Numbered from the stretch's first letter, positions 41,500-51,800 are shown. The stretch is DNA of 64,000 nucleotides from Candidatus Binatia bacterium (GCA_963666315.2 CAXXHG010000046.1:113783-177782), one strand, 5' to 3'. Translations and numbers: made by a program. Notes: a model not told the origin generated them from the sequence alone.

Positions 41500-41631
41500 G
41501 TATAACAAGGCATTAAACGCGGACGTGGAATAGCGCGGTCCGATCTATACTGTACCCTTTAGCATCGACCTCTTCCGGCTCGGCCCAGTCGGAGGCGCTA
41601 TGCCCCGCCGCTTATGCCCGGTCCGGTATGC
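41500..41631 (+). other. attC-like integron recombination site (degenerate, solitary)
   Basis: GTATAAC..GGCATTAA..GCGG..ATAGCGC..TCCGA / TCGGA..GCGCTAT..CCGC-TTATGCC..GGTATGC. Confidence 0.65.
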
Positions 41632-41645
41632 GGCGGGGAGAGGCC

Positions 41646-42114
41646 ATGCGAGCGGACAGTGTACTGCGGGGCGCATTATTCGTCGCTGTCTACTTCGTCG
41701 CGCTGCCGGGCGCCTTCATAGCACTCAACGAGCGGCTCCGTTGGCCGCGCTGGCAGGACCCTGTCCTCATAGCAGTCGGCACGCTGCTCATTCTGGCCGC
41801 ACTGGGCGTCTGCCTCTCTTGCGCTCGGCTCTTCTGGCGTCTCGGGCGCGGCACCCCTGTACCGAGTGAGCCACCAGGTCGTGTCGGGGCTTTTTCGCTT
41901 CTCGCGCAATCCGATGTGCGTTGCCTACATTGCCCTCGGCGCGGGCATCTTCTTCATTGCGGGCCACCTGACTCTGCTGTTGTACCCACTGGCCTTATGC
42001 CGCCTAGCGGAGATCTATCTAGTCAAGATCGAGGAACCACGTCTCGTGGAGCGATTCGGAGCGGAATACGAGGAATACTGCAGGCGTATCCCGCGGTGGC
42101 CGCGCCTGGGCTAA
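41646..42114 (+). pseudogene. Isoprenylcysteine carboxyl/phospholipid methyltransferase family, frameshifted
   Basis: GRGTPVP, GLFRFSRNPM, IEEPRLVERFGAEYEEYCRRIPRW. Confidence 0.8.
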
Positions 42115-42421
42115 ACCTGACCGCTTCGCCCTCTTACGTCCCCCCGTTGTCTACTGCGCCACGAGCAAATAGCGGCTTTGAGCTGTGTATGCCGTGCTGG
42201 TCGGCCCCCTGGTCCCGCACTATGATGTGGGCGGCTTTCTGGCCGGGCTGCTGCTCGACGTGATGGTAGTGTGTTACCGCCGCAGCCTGGACCCGGCGCT
42301 GAGGCACCGCGGCTAACTGACTCGGCCGTAGAGGAACGGAGTGGCAGCGCCAGCAAGCTTTTCCCGTCTTGGGAGCTGACAAAGGTAGGTAGAATTCCGG
42401 AAGGTGTTGAAATCCCACTAT

Positions 42422-42522
42422 GTAGCCTGGATGGGACGGAGTGGAATCCGGGGAATCCGAGCGCACACTCCCCCCCGGGACGGACGGTATTCCTGGACTC
42501 CGCTTCGCTACCTCCAGGCTAC
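42422..42522. repeat. Inverted doublet of GTAGCCTGGA-type REPs
   Basis: GTAGCCTGGA..CCGGGG ... CCTGGACTCC..TCCAGGCTAC. Confidence 0.8.
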
Positions 42523-42582
42523 ACAATCTAGGGAGAGGGCGGCGGAGGCGGGTAAGGGTCGCTCAGATGAAGATTTCCTTTA

Positions 42583-42624
42583 GATTCCCCTCACCTTCAT
42601 CCTCTCCCCTGAGGGGCGAGGAAA
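42583..42624 (+). repeat. 42-bp element identical to the reverse complement of 51773-51814
   Basis: GATTCCCCTCACCTTCATCCTCTCCCCTGAGGGGCGAGGAAA. Confidence 0.9.
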
Positions 42625-42653
42625 AAAGAGGCACAGAGTCGCGTACAGCATTA

Positions 42654-42790
42654 AGTTTCGTAGGATAGGTGGAAGCGGAGTCTCACCCACCGAACAGCTG
42701 GTGGGTCTGGGAGGACCCACCAGCTGTTGCGCAATGCGCAGAGAGCTCCTGGACGCCACCCCCGCCGGGCGCTGAAGCACCAGGCTCAAC
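42654..42790 (+). repeat. About 140-bp direct repeat, copy 1
   Basis: Aligns with 43724-43868 (GGTGGAAGCGGAGTCTCA..CCACCGAACAGCTGGTGGGTCTGGGAGGA..GAGAGCTCCTG..GCTCAAC). Confidence 0.9.
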
Positions 42791-42857
42791 ACTGAGCTGT
42801 TCATGCTTGACCTCATATTCTGAGACTCTTACCCTGGTGCTGAGAGAGGAAGGCCTG

Positions 42858-43172
42858 ATGAGCACGATTACCATTGATCTGTCCCAAGAAACGTATGAAC
42901 GCCTTGAGGAGCGAGCGCGCAAAACAGGGCAGACGCCCGAAGTACTCAGTCGTCATCTTCTTGAAACTTTCCTCATGCCTCAGACAGCGCCTTCACCACA
43001 CACAGTCCGCAATGCCCTGTATGTCACAGGCCGCGCACGTCCGTTAAGTGAAGCCTTGCGTCGCAAGATCATCCCTGGGGTGACCCTCAACACCACGCGT
43101 AAAATTCTAGCCAACACCGCTGGGCCGTCCTTAAGCGAAATGATCGAAGAACAACGGGGCTCGCGTCTGTGA
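42858..43172 (+). CDS. Putative VapB-type antitoxin (ribbon-helix-helix-like N-terminus)
   Basis: MSTITIDLSQETYERLEERA; SLSEMIEEQR; GTGA overlap with the PIN gene. Confidence 0.7.
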   Translation: MSTITIDLSQETYERLEERARKTGQTPEVLSRHLLETFLMPQTAPSPHTVRNALYVTGRARPLSEALRRKIIPGVTLNTTRKILANTAGPSLSEMIEEQRGSRL

Positions 43173-43671
43173 CCACGTATTACTGTGACACCAGTGCCCT
43201 GGTGAAGCGGTACACGGAAGAACCAGGAAGCGGCTGGGTCCGACACATTGTAGATTCGGCCGCGCAACATACGGTCTTGATCTCCGAGATTACTGTGGCA
43301 GAAGTTGCGGCAGTCTTGGCCGCCAAACACTGAGCGCCCAAAGGCATTACCAGCGACGAGCGAGACCAGTTGTTGAGCCGTTTTCTTGAGGATTGCACGG
43401 AGCATTTTGTTCTTCTTCAGGTTGATCGCGCTATTATTGACCGGGCAGTAGAACTGACGCAGCGACACCGCCTCCGGGGGTATGATGCTGTTCAGTTGAC
43501 AACTGCGCTGGTGACGCAAGACACTTTGCTTGCTCAAAACTAGATCCGCTTACTTTTGTGGCCTCGGATGGAGACCTGCTTGCCGCAGCCTCAAATGAGG
43601 CGCCCGCTGTTGAAAACCCACTCGATCATGTCGATATGGATGCCACAGCGTCGTCCCCGTCAAACACCTAA
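43169..43671 (+). pseudogene. VapC PIN-domain toxin, inactivated
   Basis: YYCDTSALVKRY, LRGYDAVQL, FVASD..L; TGA at 43331-43333 and frameshift near 43540. Confidence 0.85.
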
Positions 43672-43723
43672 TCCTTCCTCCCGATCGCGTGGTTAAGCAA
43701 GTTTCTCCCTCCAAGGAGGGGAC

Positions 43724-43868
43724 AGTTTCGTAAGGGGGGTGGGTGGAAGCGGAGTCTCAACCACCGAACAGCTGGTGGGTCTGGGAGGATCCACCCCACC
43801 ACCGTTGTCCAATGCGAAGAGAGCTCCTGAACGCCACCCCCGCCGGGCGCTCAAGCACCAAGCTCAAC
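43724..43868 (+). repeat. About 140-bp direct repeat, copy 2
   Basis: Aligns with 42654-42790. Confidence 0.9.
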
Positions 43869-44011
43869 GTACAAAGGGAACTTTGCCCCCTCAAAGGCAG
43901 GGCGGGGAGTCTGGTTTGCCGGGCTTGGTAGGGTGAGCCTGAGGCTTGAGCCTTGGGTGGACGTGGGCTAAAGACGTTTTACCACAGGCACATCGCCTCT
44001 CCCAAAATCTC

Positions 44012-45580
44012 TTAGGAGTCCGCTTCTCTCTCAGAGATATGGAAGAAAACGAGTAGCGCAGCACTCAGCCCGTACATCAGCGCAAAGTCTGGAGCAGCAG
44101 CAAAACCAAAGGAATTTTGCACTCCTGCTGGTGTCAGTTCATACGCGTGAATGACACCGAAAAACGAGAGGACCGCCGCCACCATAGTCCACGTAGCGGC
44201 TCTGAGGAATTGGCGCTCAATTATAAAAACGACCATTGCGGCCAAGACCATAGCGCTCAGAAGAAAGCCCTGACTCAGCGCAATCACCCCGTGAATATAC
44301 AGATCAGTGCCGAACTTGGGAGCTATTTCAAATAAGGAAGTCCCGGCTTTGCGCAGACTGGTGTCAATCAACTGCAGAGCCCAGGCCGCGAGTGCGGGAA
44401 TGAGTCCAAAGGCAACCGCCAGCGCATGTGGCTTGGGCACCTCTTGAAACGCCTGAGCGGTCATGATGATGCCGATCCACAGCAGTATGCCCAGCGTGGC
44501 CTCCAATGGGAGCACCTGGAGTATCAGCGTCATGCCACCCACAAGACACAACAAAGCAACGACCAGCCCGTTCACGACCGAATAGCCCACGCGCGCACCC
44601 ATGGCCTTCCAGGCCGGGTGGCCAATATAGATGGTGGTGGGAAATACACTCCCAAAAAGGGCCGCCACCAGCGTGCCGACGCCGTTTGCCAACAACGAGG
44701 GCTTGGTTTCGTACCGATCCCCCGCCGCTTCGGCGCTCTCTAAATTTTGCAGCGAGCCAATGATATTAAACAGGCCCATAGGAAAAATGACGGCCAGATA
44801 CTGCCAGCCACGTCCGCTGGTCAGCAAGGCAAAGAGGTCCTGGGGGACCGGCACGGGCAGATGCAATCCCCATCGGTACTGCTCCGCCACCGGCTCAAAC
44901 ACCGGCATGCCTAAAGCACGCAGGCCCCAGGCCAGAGCGACACCAGTCAGGACTGCGACTAATCCACCCGGCAGACCGCCCGGAAAAGTCTGCCGGGACG
45001 CATAGGTTATAAGGATCATCATCATCGGCAAGAGAGCAATCATCGGACTGGCGAAAATCTGAAAGATAAATCCCATGGCAATAAATGTAATCGCCACGCC
45101 CGCCAGAGCAGTCAGCAGAGCCGCCCGCGGGGTATGCCGACGCAGCCAGTCGCCCACAAACGCCCCGCCCGTTTCCATGATCCCACTCAGCAAACAGGCA
45201 AACAGTCCAACTTGCCAGGCTAAGGTTGGATCGTGTGTCTCCCGATAAATGGGCCCCATAATGAGAAAAATATAGGCAAACAGGCTGGGCGTATTGATGC
45301 CGTACGGCAGCGCGGTGATGTCGCTGCGTCCCGTCTGTTGCATCAAACGCCACGCCTGCCAAGCGTAAAAGGCATTGCCGAGCAGTATGGAAATCGCAGC
45401 ACCCGGCAGGATACGACCGATCACCAACTCTTGCGGAAACCCACACACCAACGGACACAGGACGGCGATCAGCATGAGTTGCAGCAAATTATCGATAAAC
45501 AGGCCGAAAAACCCATCAACATCTCCCCTCACAAACCAGCCAAACCAGGGACGAGGATCGTTCGCTCCGTCTGATTGCAT
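44012..45580 (-). CDS. NCS2/AzgA-like nucleobase permease
   Basis: GDVDGFFGLFIDN, TALPYGINTPS, FPTTIYIGHPAWKAMGAR. Confidence 0.88.
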   Translation of the reverse strand: MQSDGANDPRPWFGWFVRGDVDGFFGLFIDNLLQLMLIAVLCPLVCGFPQELVIGRILPGAAISILLGNAFYAWQAWRLMQQTGRSDITALPYGINTPSLFAYIFLIMGPIYRETHDPTLAWQVGLFACLLSGIMETGGAFVGDWLRRHTPRAALLTALAGVAITFIAMGFIFQIFASPMIALLPMMMILITYASRQTFPGGLPGGLVAVLTGVALAWGLRALGMPVFEPVAEQYRWGLHLPVPVPQDLFALLTSGRGWQYLAVIFPMGLFNIIGSLQNLESAEAAGDRYETKPSLLANGVGTLVAALFGSVFPTTIYIGHPAWKAMGARVGYSVVNGLVVALLCLVGGMTLILQVLPLEATLGILLWIGIIMTAQAFQEVPKPHALAVAFGLIPALAAWALQLIDTSLRKAGTSLFEIAPKFGTDLYIHGVIALSQGFLLSAMVLAAMVVFIIERQFLRAATWTMVAAVLSFFGVIHAYELTPAGVQNSFGFAAAPDFALMYGLSAALLVFFHISEREADS

Positions 45581-45710
45581 AGGGCGGCATCCTAACGTTC
45601 GCACCGACAGACGTCGAGCAGAGTCGGTATGGAGTTGAGTCGCCCTTCAATTTTGATTATCTCTAGTCTTGCGCAGATATTAAGCAGACGGGGCCACACA
45701 AGGAGACGGT

Positions 45711-46529
45711 ATGAAAACAATACTACGGTGCACGGGACTGACCGTGCTGATCGGCAGCCTCATTTTCTTCTTCCAGCCGTTGGTGCAGGCACAAGAAGAG
45801 GCCGATACCATTCAGGCAGAGGCTGAGAACGGCGATCCCAAGGCGCAGAACAATCTTGGCGTCCTATACGTCAAGGGCGAAGGCGTTAAACGCAGTGCCA
45901 AGAAGGCGGTCGGATGGTTCCGCAGAGCGGCCAAGCAAGGCCATATCGGAGCGCAATTCAACCTGGGCATGCTGTATTTCGCGGGTAAAAAAGACGACAC
46001 CGGGAGGAAAGAAGCCGCCAAGTGGTTTCAGAAAGCTGCAGAGAGCGGCCACACCAAAGCCCAGTACCGTTTGGGCATGATGTACGTCAAAGGCCAAGGC
46101 GTGGAGAAGGATTACGCCATGGCGGCCATTTGGTTTCGGAACGCAGCCGATCAAGCCTCCGCTAATGCGCAATACAATCTCGGCGTGCTGTACGATAACG
46201 GCTATGGCATTGAGCAGGATTTCTCGAAAGCGCGCGGCTGGTATCTCCAGGCGGCCGATCAGTCCCACTCCGGAGCTCAGTTCAACCTCGGGACCATGTA
46301 CTTCATGGGCCGAGGCACGGATCAGGATGATGCCGAGGCGGCGGTATGGTTTCGGGAAGCAGCCAAGCGTGGACATTCGGGCGCGCAATTCAATCTCGGG
46401 GCCATGTATTTGGAAGGGCGCGGGGTTGCAAAAGATATGGATGCAGGTCTCGAGTTGATGCACAAGGCGGCGGATCAGGGCCATGCCAACGCCCAGAAAA
46501 TGATTGATCAGATTAGTGCGGGGAGCTAA
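45711..46529 (+). CDS. Secreted Sel1-like repeat protein
   Basis: Signal peptide; about six AQxNLGxxY..G.G..W..AA.QG repeats. Confidence 0.93.
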   Translation: MKTILRCTGLTVLIGSLIFFFQPLVQAQEEADTIQAEAENGDPKAQNNLGVLYVKGEGVKRSAKKAVGWFRRAAKQGHIGAQFNLGMLYFAGKKDDTGRKEAAKWFQKAAESGHTKAQYRLGMMYVKGQGVEKDYAMAAIWFRNAADQASANAQYNLGVLYDNGYGIEQDFSKARGWYLQAADQSHSGAQFNLGTMYFMGRGTDQDDAEAAVWFREAAKRGHSGAQFNLGAMYLEGRGVAKDMDAGLELMHKAADQGHANAQKMIDQISAGS

Positions 46530-46546
46530 CCGAATAGGGAGAAGAG

Positions 46547-47485
46547 ATGGCTGTGACCAAAAAAAACCTGCTGCTCGCAACCTTTTCCGTCCTGCTAGTC
46601 GGACTGGCCGTCGTATATTTCCTCTTCCCTGGTGTTCTCCTTACACTCGCAACCCAGGCAGAGCGCCGGGCCGCCGATTTTGAGCAGCGAGAGGTCGATA
46701 TTGTGGGCCATCGTATCGCCTACCTGATTGGTGGGGAAGGCGATGTCCTGGTGTTGCTGCACGGCTTTGGAGCGGACAAAGACAATTGGACCCGCGTAGC
46801 GAAATATCTGACGCCCCATTTCCATGTGATCGCACCCGACCTGCCGGGCTTTGGTGACAGCAGCCGTGAGCCCAAGGCGCGCTATGCCCTGGACGATCAG
46901 GTCGACAATGTCGACGCGTTCGTCCAGGCATTGGATCTGAGCGCTTTTCATATTGGCGGGAATTCTATGGGTGGGGCCATCGCCGGGCTGTATGCCGCCC
47001 GCCACCCTGACATGGTCAAAAGCGTTTGGCTGCTAGCTCCCGGAGGCGTGGATACAGCCGAACCGAGCGAGCTTGACGGCCTGCTCGGACAAGGAGACAA
47101 CCCCCTCCTTATCCATACTGCCGCAGATTTTGAACGCTTGCTCGACTTCGTGTTTGTCGAAATCCCAGCTATTCCAGATCCCATTGTGGGGTATTTGACC
47201 GAGCAAGCCATAGCCCAGCGTCGGTTCAACGAGAAAATCATCCAGGACTTTATCGCCAATCCGGCGTCTCTGGAATCCGAAGCACAGAAAATTCAGGCGC
47301 CGACCCTGATTACGTGGGGAGATCAGGATCGCCTGCTGCATGTGTCCGGTGCCGCCATACTCGATGCGCTCATTCCCGATAGCCACGTGGTCATTATGAA
47401 AAATATCGGCCATATTCCGATGATCGAACGGCCATACGAATCGGCCCAACAGTTCCTGCGCTTGCACGGCCTGGTGTCCGAATAA
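46547..47485 (+). CDS. Alpha/beta-fold lipase/esterase
   Basis: LHGFGADKDNW, GNSMGG, GHIPMIE. Confidence 0.92.
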   Translation: MAVTKKNLLLATFSVLLVGLAVVYFLFPGVLLTLATQAERRAADFEQREVDIVGHRIAYLIGGEGDVLVLLHGFGADKDNWTRVAKYLTPHFHVIAPDLPGFGDSSREPKARYALDDQVDNVDAFVQALDLSAFHIGGNSMGGAIAGLYAARHPDMVKSVWLLAPGGVDTAEPSELDGLLGQGDNPLLIHTAADFERLLDFVFVEIPAIPDPIVGYLTEQAIAQRRFNEKIIQDFIANPASLESEAQKIQAPTLITWGDQDRLLHVSGAAILDALIPDSHVVIMKNIGHIPMIERPYESAQQFLRLHGLVSE

Positions 47486-47505
47486 AACAGTTCACCGGAT
47501 CCCGG

Positions 47506-48024
47506 ATGACCACAGTCACCAAACGCGCGCGGCTCCTGCTTGCCCTCTGCATCCTGATATCAGGCGTCGGCTGCGATCAGGTCACGAAGCAGATCGCGAC
47601 TCAGCAGTTACGTGGCTCGCCGCCGCTGTCCTTCTTGGGCGATACCGTACGCTTACACTACACAGAGAATCGCGGCGCTTTTCTGGGGCTGGGCAATACG
47701 CTGACTCCTCAGCTGCGGTTTTGGATACTCACCGTTGCAACCGCGGTCCTGCTGGTCGGGTTATCTGTATTCCTCATGCTGCAATGGAATATCGCCTCGG
47801 CATCCTTTATTGCGCTCTCCTTCGTCTTAGCCGGAGGAATCGGGAATATGCTGGACCGGGTCTTTCACGATGGCAGAGTGATTGATTTTTTGAACCTGGG
47901 TCTTGGGCCGCTGCGGACCGGCGTTTTTAACGTTGCAGATGTGGCGATTACGGGCGGCATAGTCGTGCTCTGGGTCGCGAGTTTTCGGACGCGGGCCGAA
48001 TCAAAAGAACAGGCTTCTTCATAG
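47506..48024 (+). CDS. lspA: Lipoprotein signal peptidase II
   Basis: DQVTK, NRGAFLG, GGIGNMLDR, VIDF, FNVADVAI. Confidence 0.93.
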   Translation: MTTVTKRARLLLALCILISGVGCDQVTKQIATQQLRGSPPLSFLGDTVRLHYTENRGAFLGLGNTLTPQLRFWILTVATAVLLVGLSVFLMLQWNIASASFIALSFVLAGGIGNMLDRVFHDGRVIDFLNLGLGPLRTGVFNVADVAITGGIVVLWVASFRTRAESKEQASS

Positions 48025-48027
48025 AAT

Positions 48028-48820
48028 TTACCTACAGCCCGGCTTCTTGCCTGCGAGACACGCCTTCTCATACAGCGGGAGAGCCGTAGACATGCGTTTA
48101 CGCAGGTCCTCAATACGCGTCTGGGGCGAAGGATGAGTAGAGAGAAACTCCGGCGGTCGAGGGCCGCCGGCTTCATCCATGCGCTTCCATAATTGAATAC
48201 TCTGACGCGGATTAAAGCCTGCGCGCGCCATGAGATCGATCCAGATAATGTCGGCTTCACTTTCCTGGGTCCGACCAAAAGGTAAAGCCACGCCGAACTG
48301 GGCGGCAACCCAAGCACGGCCAAGGCGCGCTCTTGGGTTGCCGCTGACGCACCACTAAAGATCTTGGCCATCTGCTGCACTCCCGCCCGGGTGGCATACG
48401 CGGTCGAGACACGCTCATTAGAATGGTTGACAAGCACATGCCCCAGTACGGTTGCCAGCTGATGCTGATTCTGGGCGACCTTGAGTAAGCCGGTATGCAC
48501 GCCGATTTTTCCTCCTGGCAGGGCAAACGCATTCACCGCGTCATCTTGAAAGACGACGACCTCCCACGAACCTGGTCCACCTTTGCCCGGCAGTGCCGCC
48601 GTAATCCCATGGGCGACACGGCGCACATAGCGGTTTACTTTCCCGCTTTTCGCTGCAGGAGTTTATTTTTTGAGTTTTGCAAACGCGGCCACGCCCATGG
48701 CGTTCACTTCCGACGCCGGGGAGAGGCGCAACTGACTTCGGCCCAAAGGCGACGTAGCACAGGCAGACGAAAAAGCCAGTACGATCAGAGTGACACTTAC
48801 ATACTTACATATTTCAGCAT
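48028..48820 (-). pseudogene. M48 family metalloprotease lipoprotein
   Basis: VNAFALPGGK, EFLSTHP; HExxH lost (VLGHVL); several frameshifts. Confidence 0.85.
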
Positions 48821-48930
48821 TGTTTTCCTTCTCCACTCAAATGGTGTCCTGTAGATATAGCGGAAAAGAACACGCGTGAGGAATTCCCCCCTACACACTG
48901 AACAACATGTCAGCCAGTCAGCCATGTGGT

Positions 48931-48960
48931 GTCGGGTTACGCTCCGCTAACCCGACCTAC
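48931..48960 (-). repeat. GTAG-type REP
   Basis: Identical to 16972-17001. Confidence 0.88.
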
Positions 48961-49048
48961 GGGATTGGCTTGCGAGCGGCTTTGCCAAAGTGTTACAGTT
49001 CAGCCTGGTTCTCAACCCTACGAGTCAAACACAAGCAAAGGAGACACT

Positions 49049-49438
49049 ATGGCCAAAGACGTTGTTATCCCAAAGGGCATGGAAGCGTATTATAATGACT
49101 ACCACTTTGCCCCGGCAGTCAAAGACGGAGATCGTCTGTTCTGTTCCGGACAACTTGGAAGTGGCGCAGAGAATAAGATCTCAGACGATGCAGAAACACA
49201 GTTCACCCAAGCGTTTGAGAATGTAATGACCACGCTGGAAGCAGCCGGGTCGTCCTTCGATGATGTCGTCGAGATGACGACCTTCCACGTTGACCTGCAA
49301 AAAAATCTCGCTGCTTTTATGAAGGTCAAAGACCGGTACATGAAAGACCCCTTCCCGGCGTGGACGGCGATTGGGATAACAGAACTGGCTTTTCCCGGCG
49401 CCTGGGTCGAAATTAAAGTCATAGCCCGGTTGAAATAG
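49049..49438 (+). CDS. RidA family protein
   Basis: FAPAV..LFCSGQ, PFPAWTAIGITELA..VEIKVIA. Confidence 0.9.
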   Translation: MAKDVVIPKGMEAYYNDYHFAPAVKDGDRLFCSGQLGSGAENKISDDAETQFTQAFENVMTTLEAAGSSFDDVVEMTTFHVDLQKNLAAFMKVKDRYMKDPFPAWTAIGITELAFPGAWVEIKVIARLK

Positions 49439-49483
49439 TTGAAATAATCGTTTCTTCAACACGTACAGATCGAGTGAGGAAGC

Positions 49484-49939
49484 ATGGCAACCGAGTCGCA
49501 GCCTTTTTGGAAAACAAAATCGTTGTCCGAAATGAGCACAGAAGAATGGGAGTCGTTGTGTGACGGCTGTGGACGCTGCTGCCTGAATAAGCTGGAAGAT
49601 ATAGATACCGGCAGGATCCATTACACCAACGTGGCCTGCCACCTGCTGGATCTGCAGCGCTGTCGTTGCAGCCGGTATACACAGCGCACAGAACTTGTCC
49701 CCGACTGTGTCAGCCTGTCACCCAAAAACATTCATACCAACCCCTGGCTTCCGCATACATGCGCGTATCGCCGCCTGGCTGAAGGGAAAGACCTGGCCTG
49801 GTGGCATCCCTTGGTCTCACATAGTCACAAGACCGTCCATCAGGCCGGTATTTCGGTGCGCGGCAAAGTCATTTCTGAAGGCACGATTCCGCCACAAGAA
49901 TTTGAAGAACGGGTTATTGATTGGATTAAGCACGACTGA
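49484..49939 (+). CDS. ycgN: YcgN family cysteine-cluster protein (UPF0260)
   Basis: [35 protein letters not shown]. Confidence 0.92.
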   Translation: MATESQPFWKTKSLSEMSTEEWESLCDGCGRCCLNKLEDIDTGRIHYTNVACHLLDLQRCRCSRYTQRTELVPDCVSLSPKNIHTNPWLPHTCAYRRLAEGKDLAWWHPLVSHSHKTVHQAGISVRGKVISEGTIPPQEFEERVIDWIKHD

Positions 49940-50006
49940 CACTATTTTGTACTATCCTGCATTATCCTGCACTATCTTGAAGAAAGAGAAAAAAGACAGC
50001 CTGAAA

Positions 50007-51017
50007 ATGCTGCAGCACCAATCCATCACACCCTGCAAATCCATCGCGTTTATGGGCATACTGCTGCTCGGACTGAGCGGCTTTTCCCCAGGCCCGGCAG
50101 CCAGCGCTGACCTCACCCTGGTGATGAAGACGATGGACGTGGCTCCAGAGGCCTATCCCGATCGAAAACAGCTCATGGCCGACCTGCTAGCAGGCTGGAA
50201 AAACGTCAGAGGGGTGCAAGAAAAACAGGAAATTCTCTTTCAAGCCAAGGGTGACAATATCAAGATCAGTGGGTTTGAGCAGGGAGATGGTCGCGGCGGC
50301 TATATGCTCATCGAAGGCGACACGTATCACTTTGTCCAGCCCGCAAAGAAAGAAGTGATTACCTTCAGTCGGCAAGGCGTAGCCAAAACAGCCACAGCCG
50401 CACAATCCGCCCAGTTCGACATGCAGGCTCTCATCCAAAAACAGATGCAACAGCGACTTGCCAACGCCGAGAACCCCGCAGAACGACAACGTATGCTACA
50501 AAGCATGCAAGCGCTCAAGCAATTCAACCCCGGCCTGGCCAACATGCTGGGCATGGGAGCCGCAGGGCCATCCGCACCACCTACGGTCAAAAAGCTGGCA
50601 ACAGAATCGATCGGAATCAAAGGGCAAGGCACCATCCGGTGCGACGTGTACCGCGCCGTTCAAGCACAGAAGAAAGCGCTAGGCTGTGTCACCCGGAAAT
50701 TTTCGAAGATAAAGGCCATGATGGAAAAATTTAATGACAGACGAAAAGGTGCCCTGGGCGGGCTGGGCCAGAAAAAACAAAAAGGTCCAAGAGACGCCAT
50801 CCAGGAGCAGGGGTTTCCGCTGGCCGGATATCGGATCAAAACGAAGAATTCCCAGACTTCCGACGAGGCGAACATCGACGCGTTCCGGGTTCTTCGTATC
50901 ACTGAGGCGTCCATTCCGAACCGTGTCTTCACCTTTGATCCAACCGATACGGAAACGAGAATGGATCAGAAGCTCCAAGAGCAGCGCCAAAAAATGCAGC
51001 AGTATATGAACCGCTAA
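50007..51017 (+). CDS. Exported hypothetical protein (DUF4412-like)
   Basis: Signal-peptide-like N-terminus, Q/M-rich central region. Confidence 0.55.
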   Translation: MLQHQSITPCKSIAFMGILLLGLSGFSPGPAASADLTLVMKTMDVAPEAYPDRKQLMADLLAGWKNVRGVQEKQEILFQAKGDNIKISGFEQGDGRGGYMLIEGDTYHFVQPAKKEVITFSRQGVAKTATAAQSAQFDMQALIQKQMQQRLANAENPAERQRMLQSMQALKQFNPGLANMLGMGAAGPSAPPTVKKLATESIGIKGQGTIRCDVYRAVQAQKKALGCVTRKFSKIKAMMEKFNDRRKGALGGLGQKKQKGPRDAIQEQGFPLAGYRIKTKNSQTSDEANIDAFRVLRITEASIPNRVFTFDPTDTETRMDQKLQEQRQKMQQYMNR

Positions 51018-51065
51018 TTGGACAGCCGCTCACATTGGGTACTCTCTCACAAGGGACAGCAATTC

Positions 51066-51800
51066 ATGCGTGCGCTTGATATTGCGACTTCGGCCCTGTC
51101 TACTGTTGCCCGCTTGGGCTATGCCGAGCGTATTGGGGCACTCGGGCCACGCCCCAAGCAAGCGCTTGAGCTGTACGACTTCGAAGGCTGACCGTTTTGT
51201 CGCAAGGTCCGTGAGGCCTGCACCGTTTTGGACTTAGACGTCAAGATCTATCCCTGCCCCAAGAGCGGCCCGCGCTATCGTGTAGCCATCAAGCAGCGCG
51301 GTGGGAAATACCAATTCCCATATCTTATTGATCCCAATACCGGAGCCGAAATGTACGAATCCGACGCCATTAATGACTATCTGTTTGAGCACTATGGCAG
51401 CGGCACGGTTCCCGTCATGCTGTCCTCGGGTCTGCTGACCACGCTGGCCGTTTCTTTAGCTTCACTGGCCCGTCCCGGACGCGGGTCATTCTACCGCCGC
51501 GCTACACCGCCGCAAGAATGGCTTGAGCTGTACAGTTATGAAGGTTCACCGTTTTGTCGCCTGGTGCGTGAGACCTTGTCCGAGCTTGAAATTCCCTATT
51601 TGCTCCATAATGTTGCCCAGGGCAGTCCGCGCCGCGCAGCATTCGTCGCCCTCTCCGGCAAAATGCAGGTGCCGTATTTGATTGATCCGAATACACACAC
51701 GGCCATGTTCGAGTCGGCCGATATTGTGGCGTATCTGAAACGGACCTATGCACTAGGGCGAGCGGGCTCCTCTTTCCTCGCCCCTCAGGGGAGAGGATGA
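51066..51800 (+). CDS. Tandem GST-N/glutaredoxin-domain selenoprotein, Sec at TGA 51189-51191
   Basis: LELYDFEG-U-PFCRKVRE aligns with its own second domain LELYSYEG-S-PFCRLVRE; hairpin 51202-51221. Confidence 0.85.

Noticed and set aside
42669-43931. Duplicated Trp-rich ORF starts MEAES(H/Q)PPNSWWVWEDPP
   Set aside because: They are translations of the palindromic direct repeat; no RBS, and the frames diverge afterwards.
45581-45710. Purine riboswitch before the NCS2 permease
   Set aside because: One simple hairpin only; no recognisable aptamer core.
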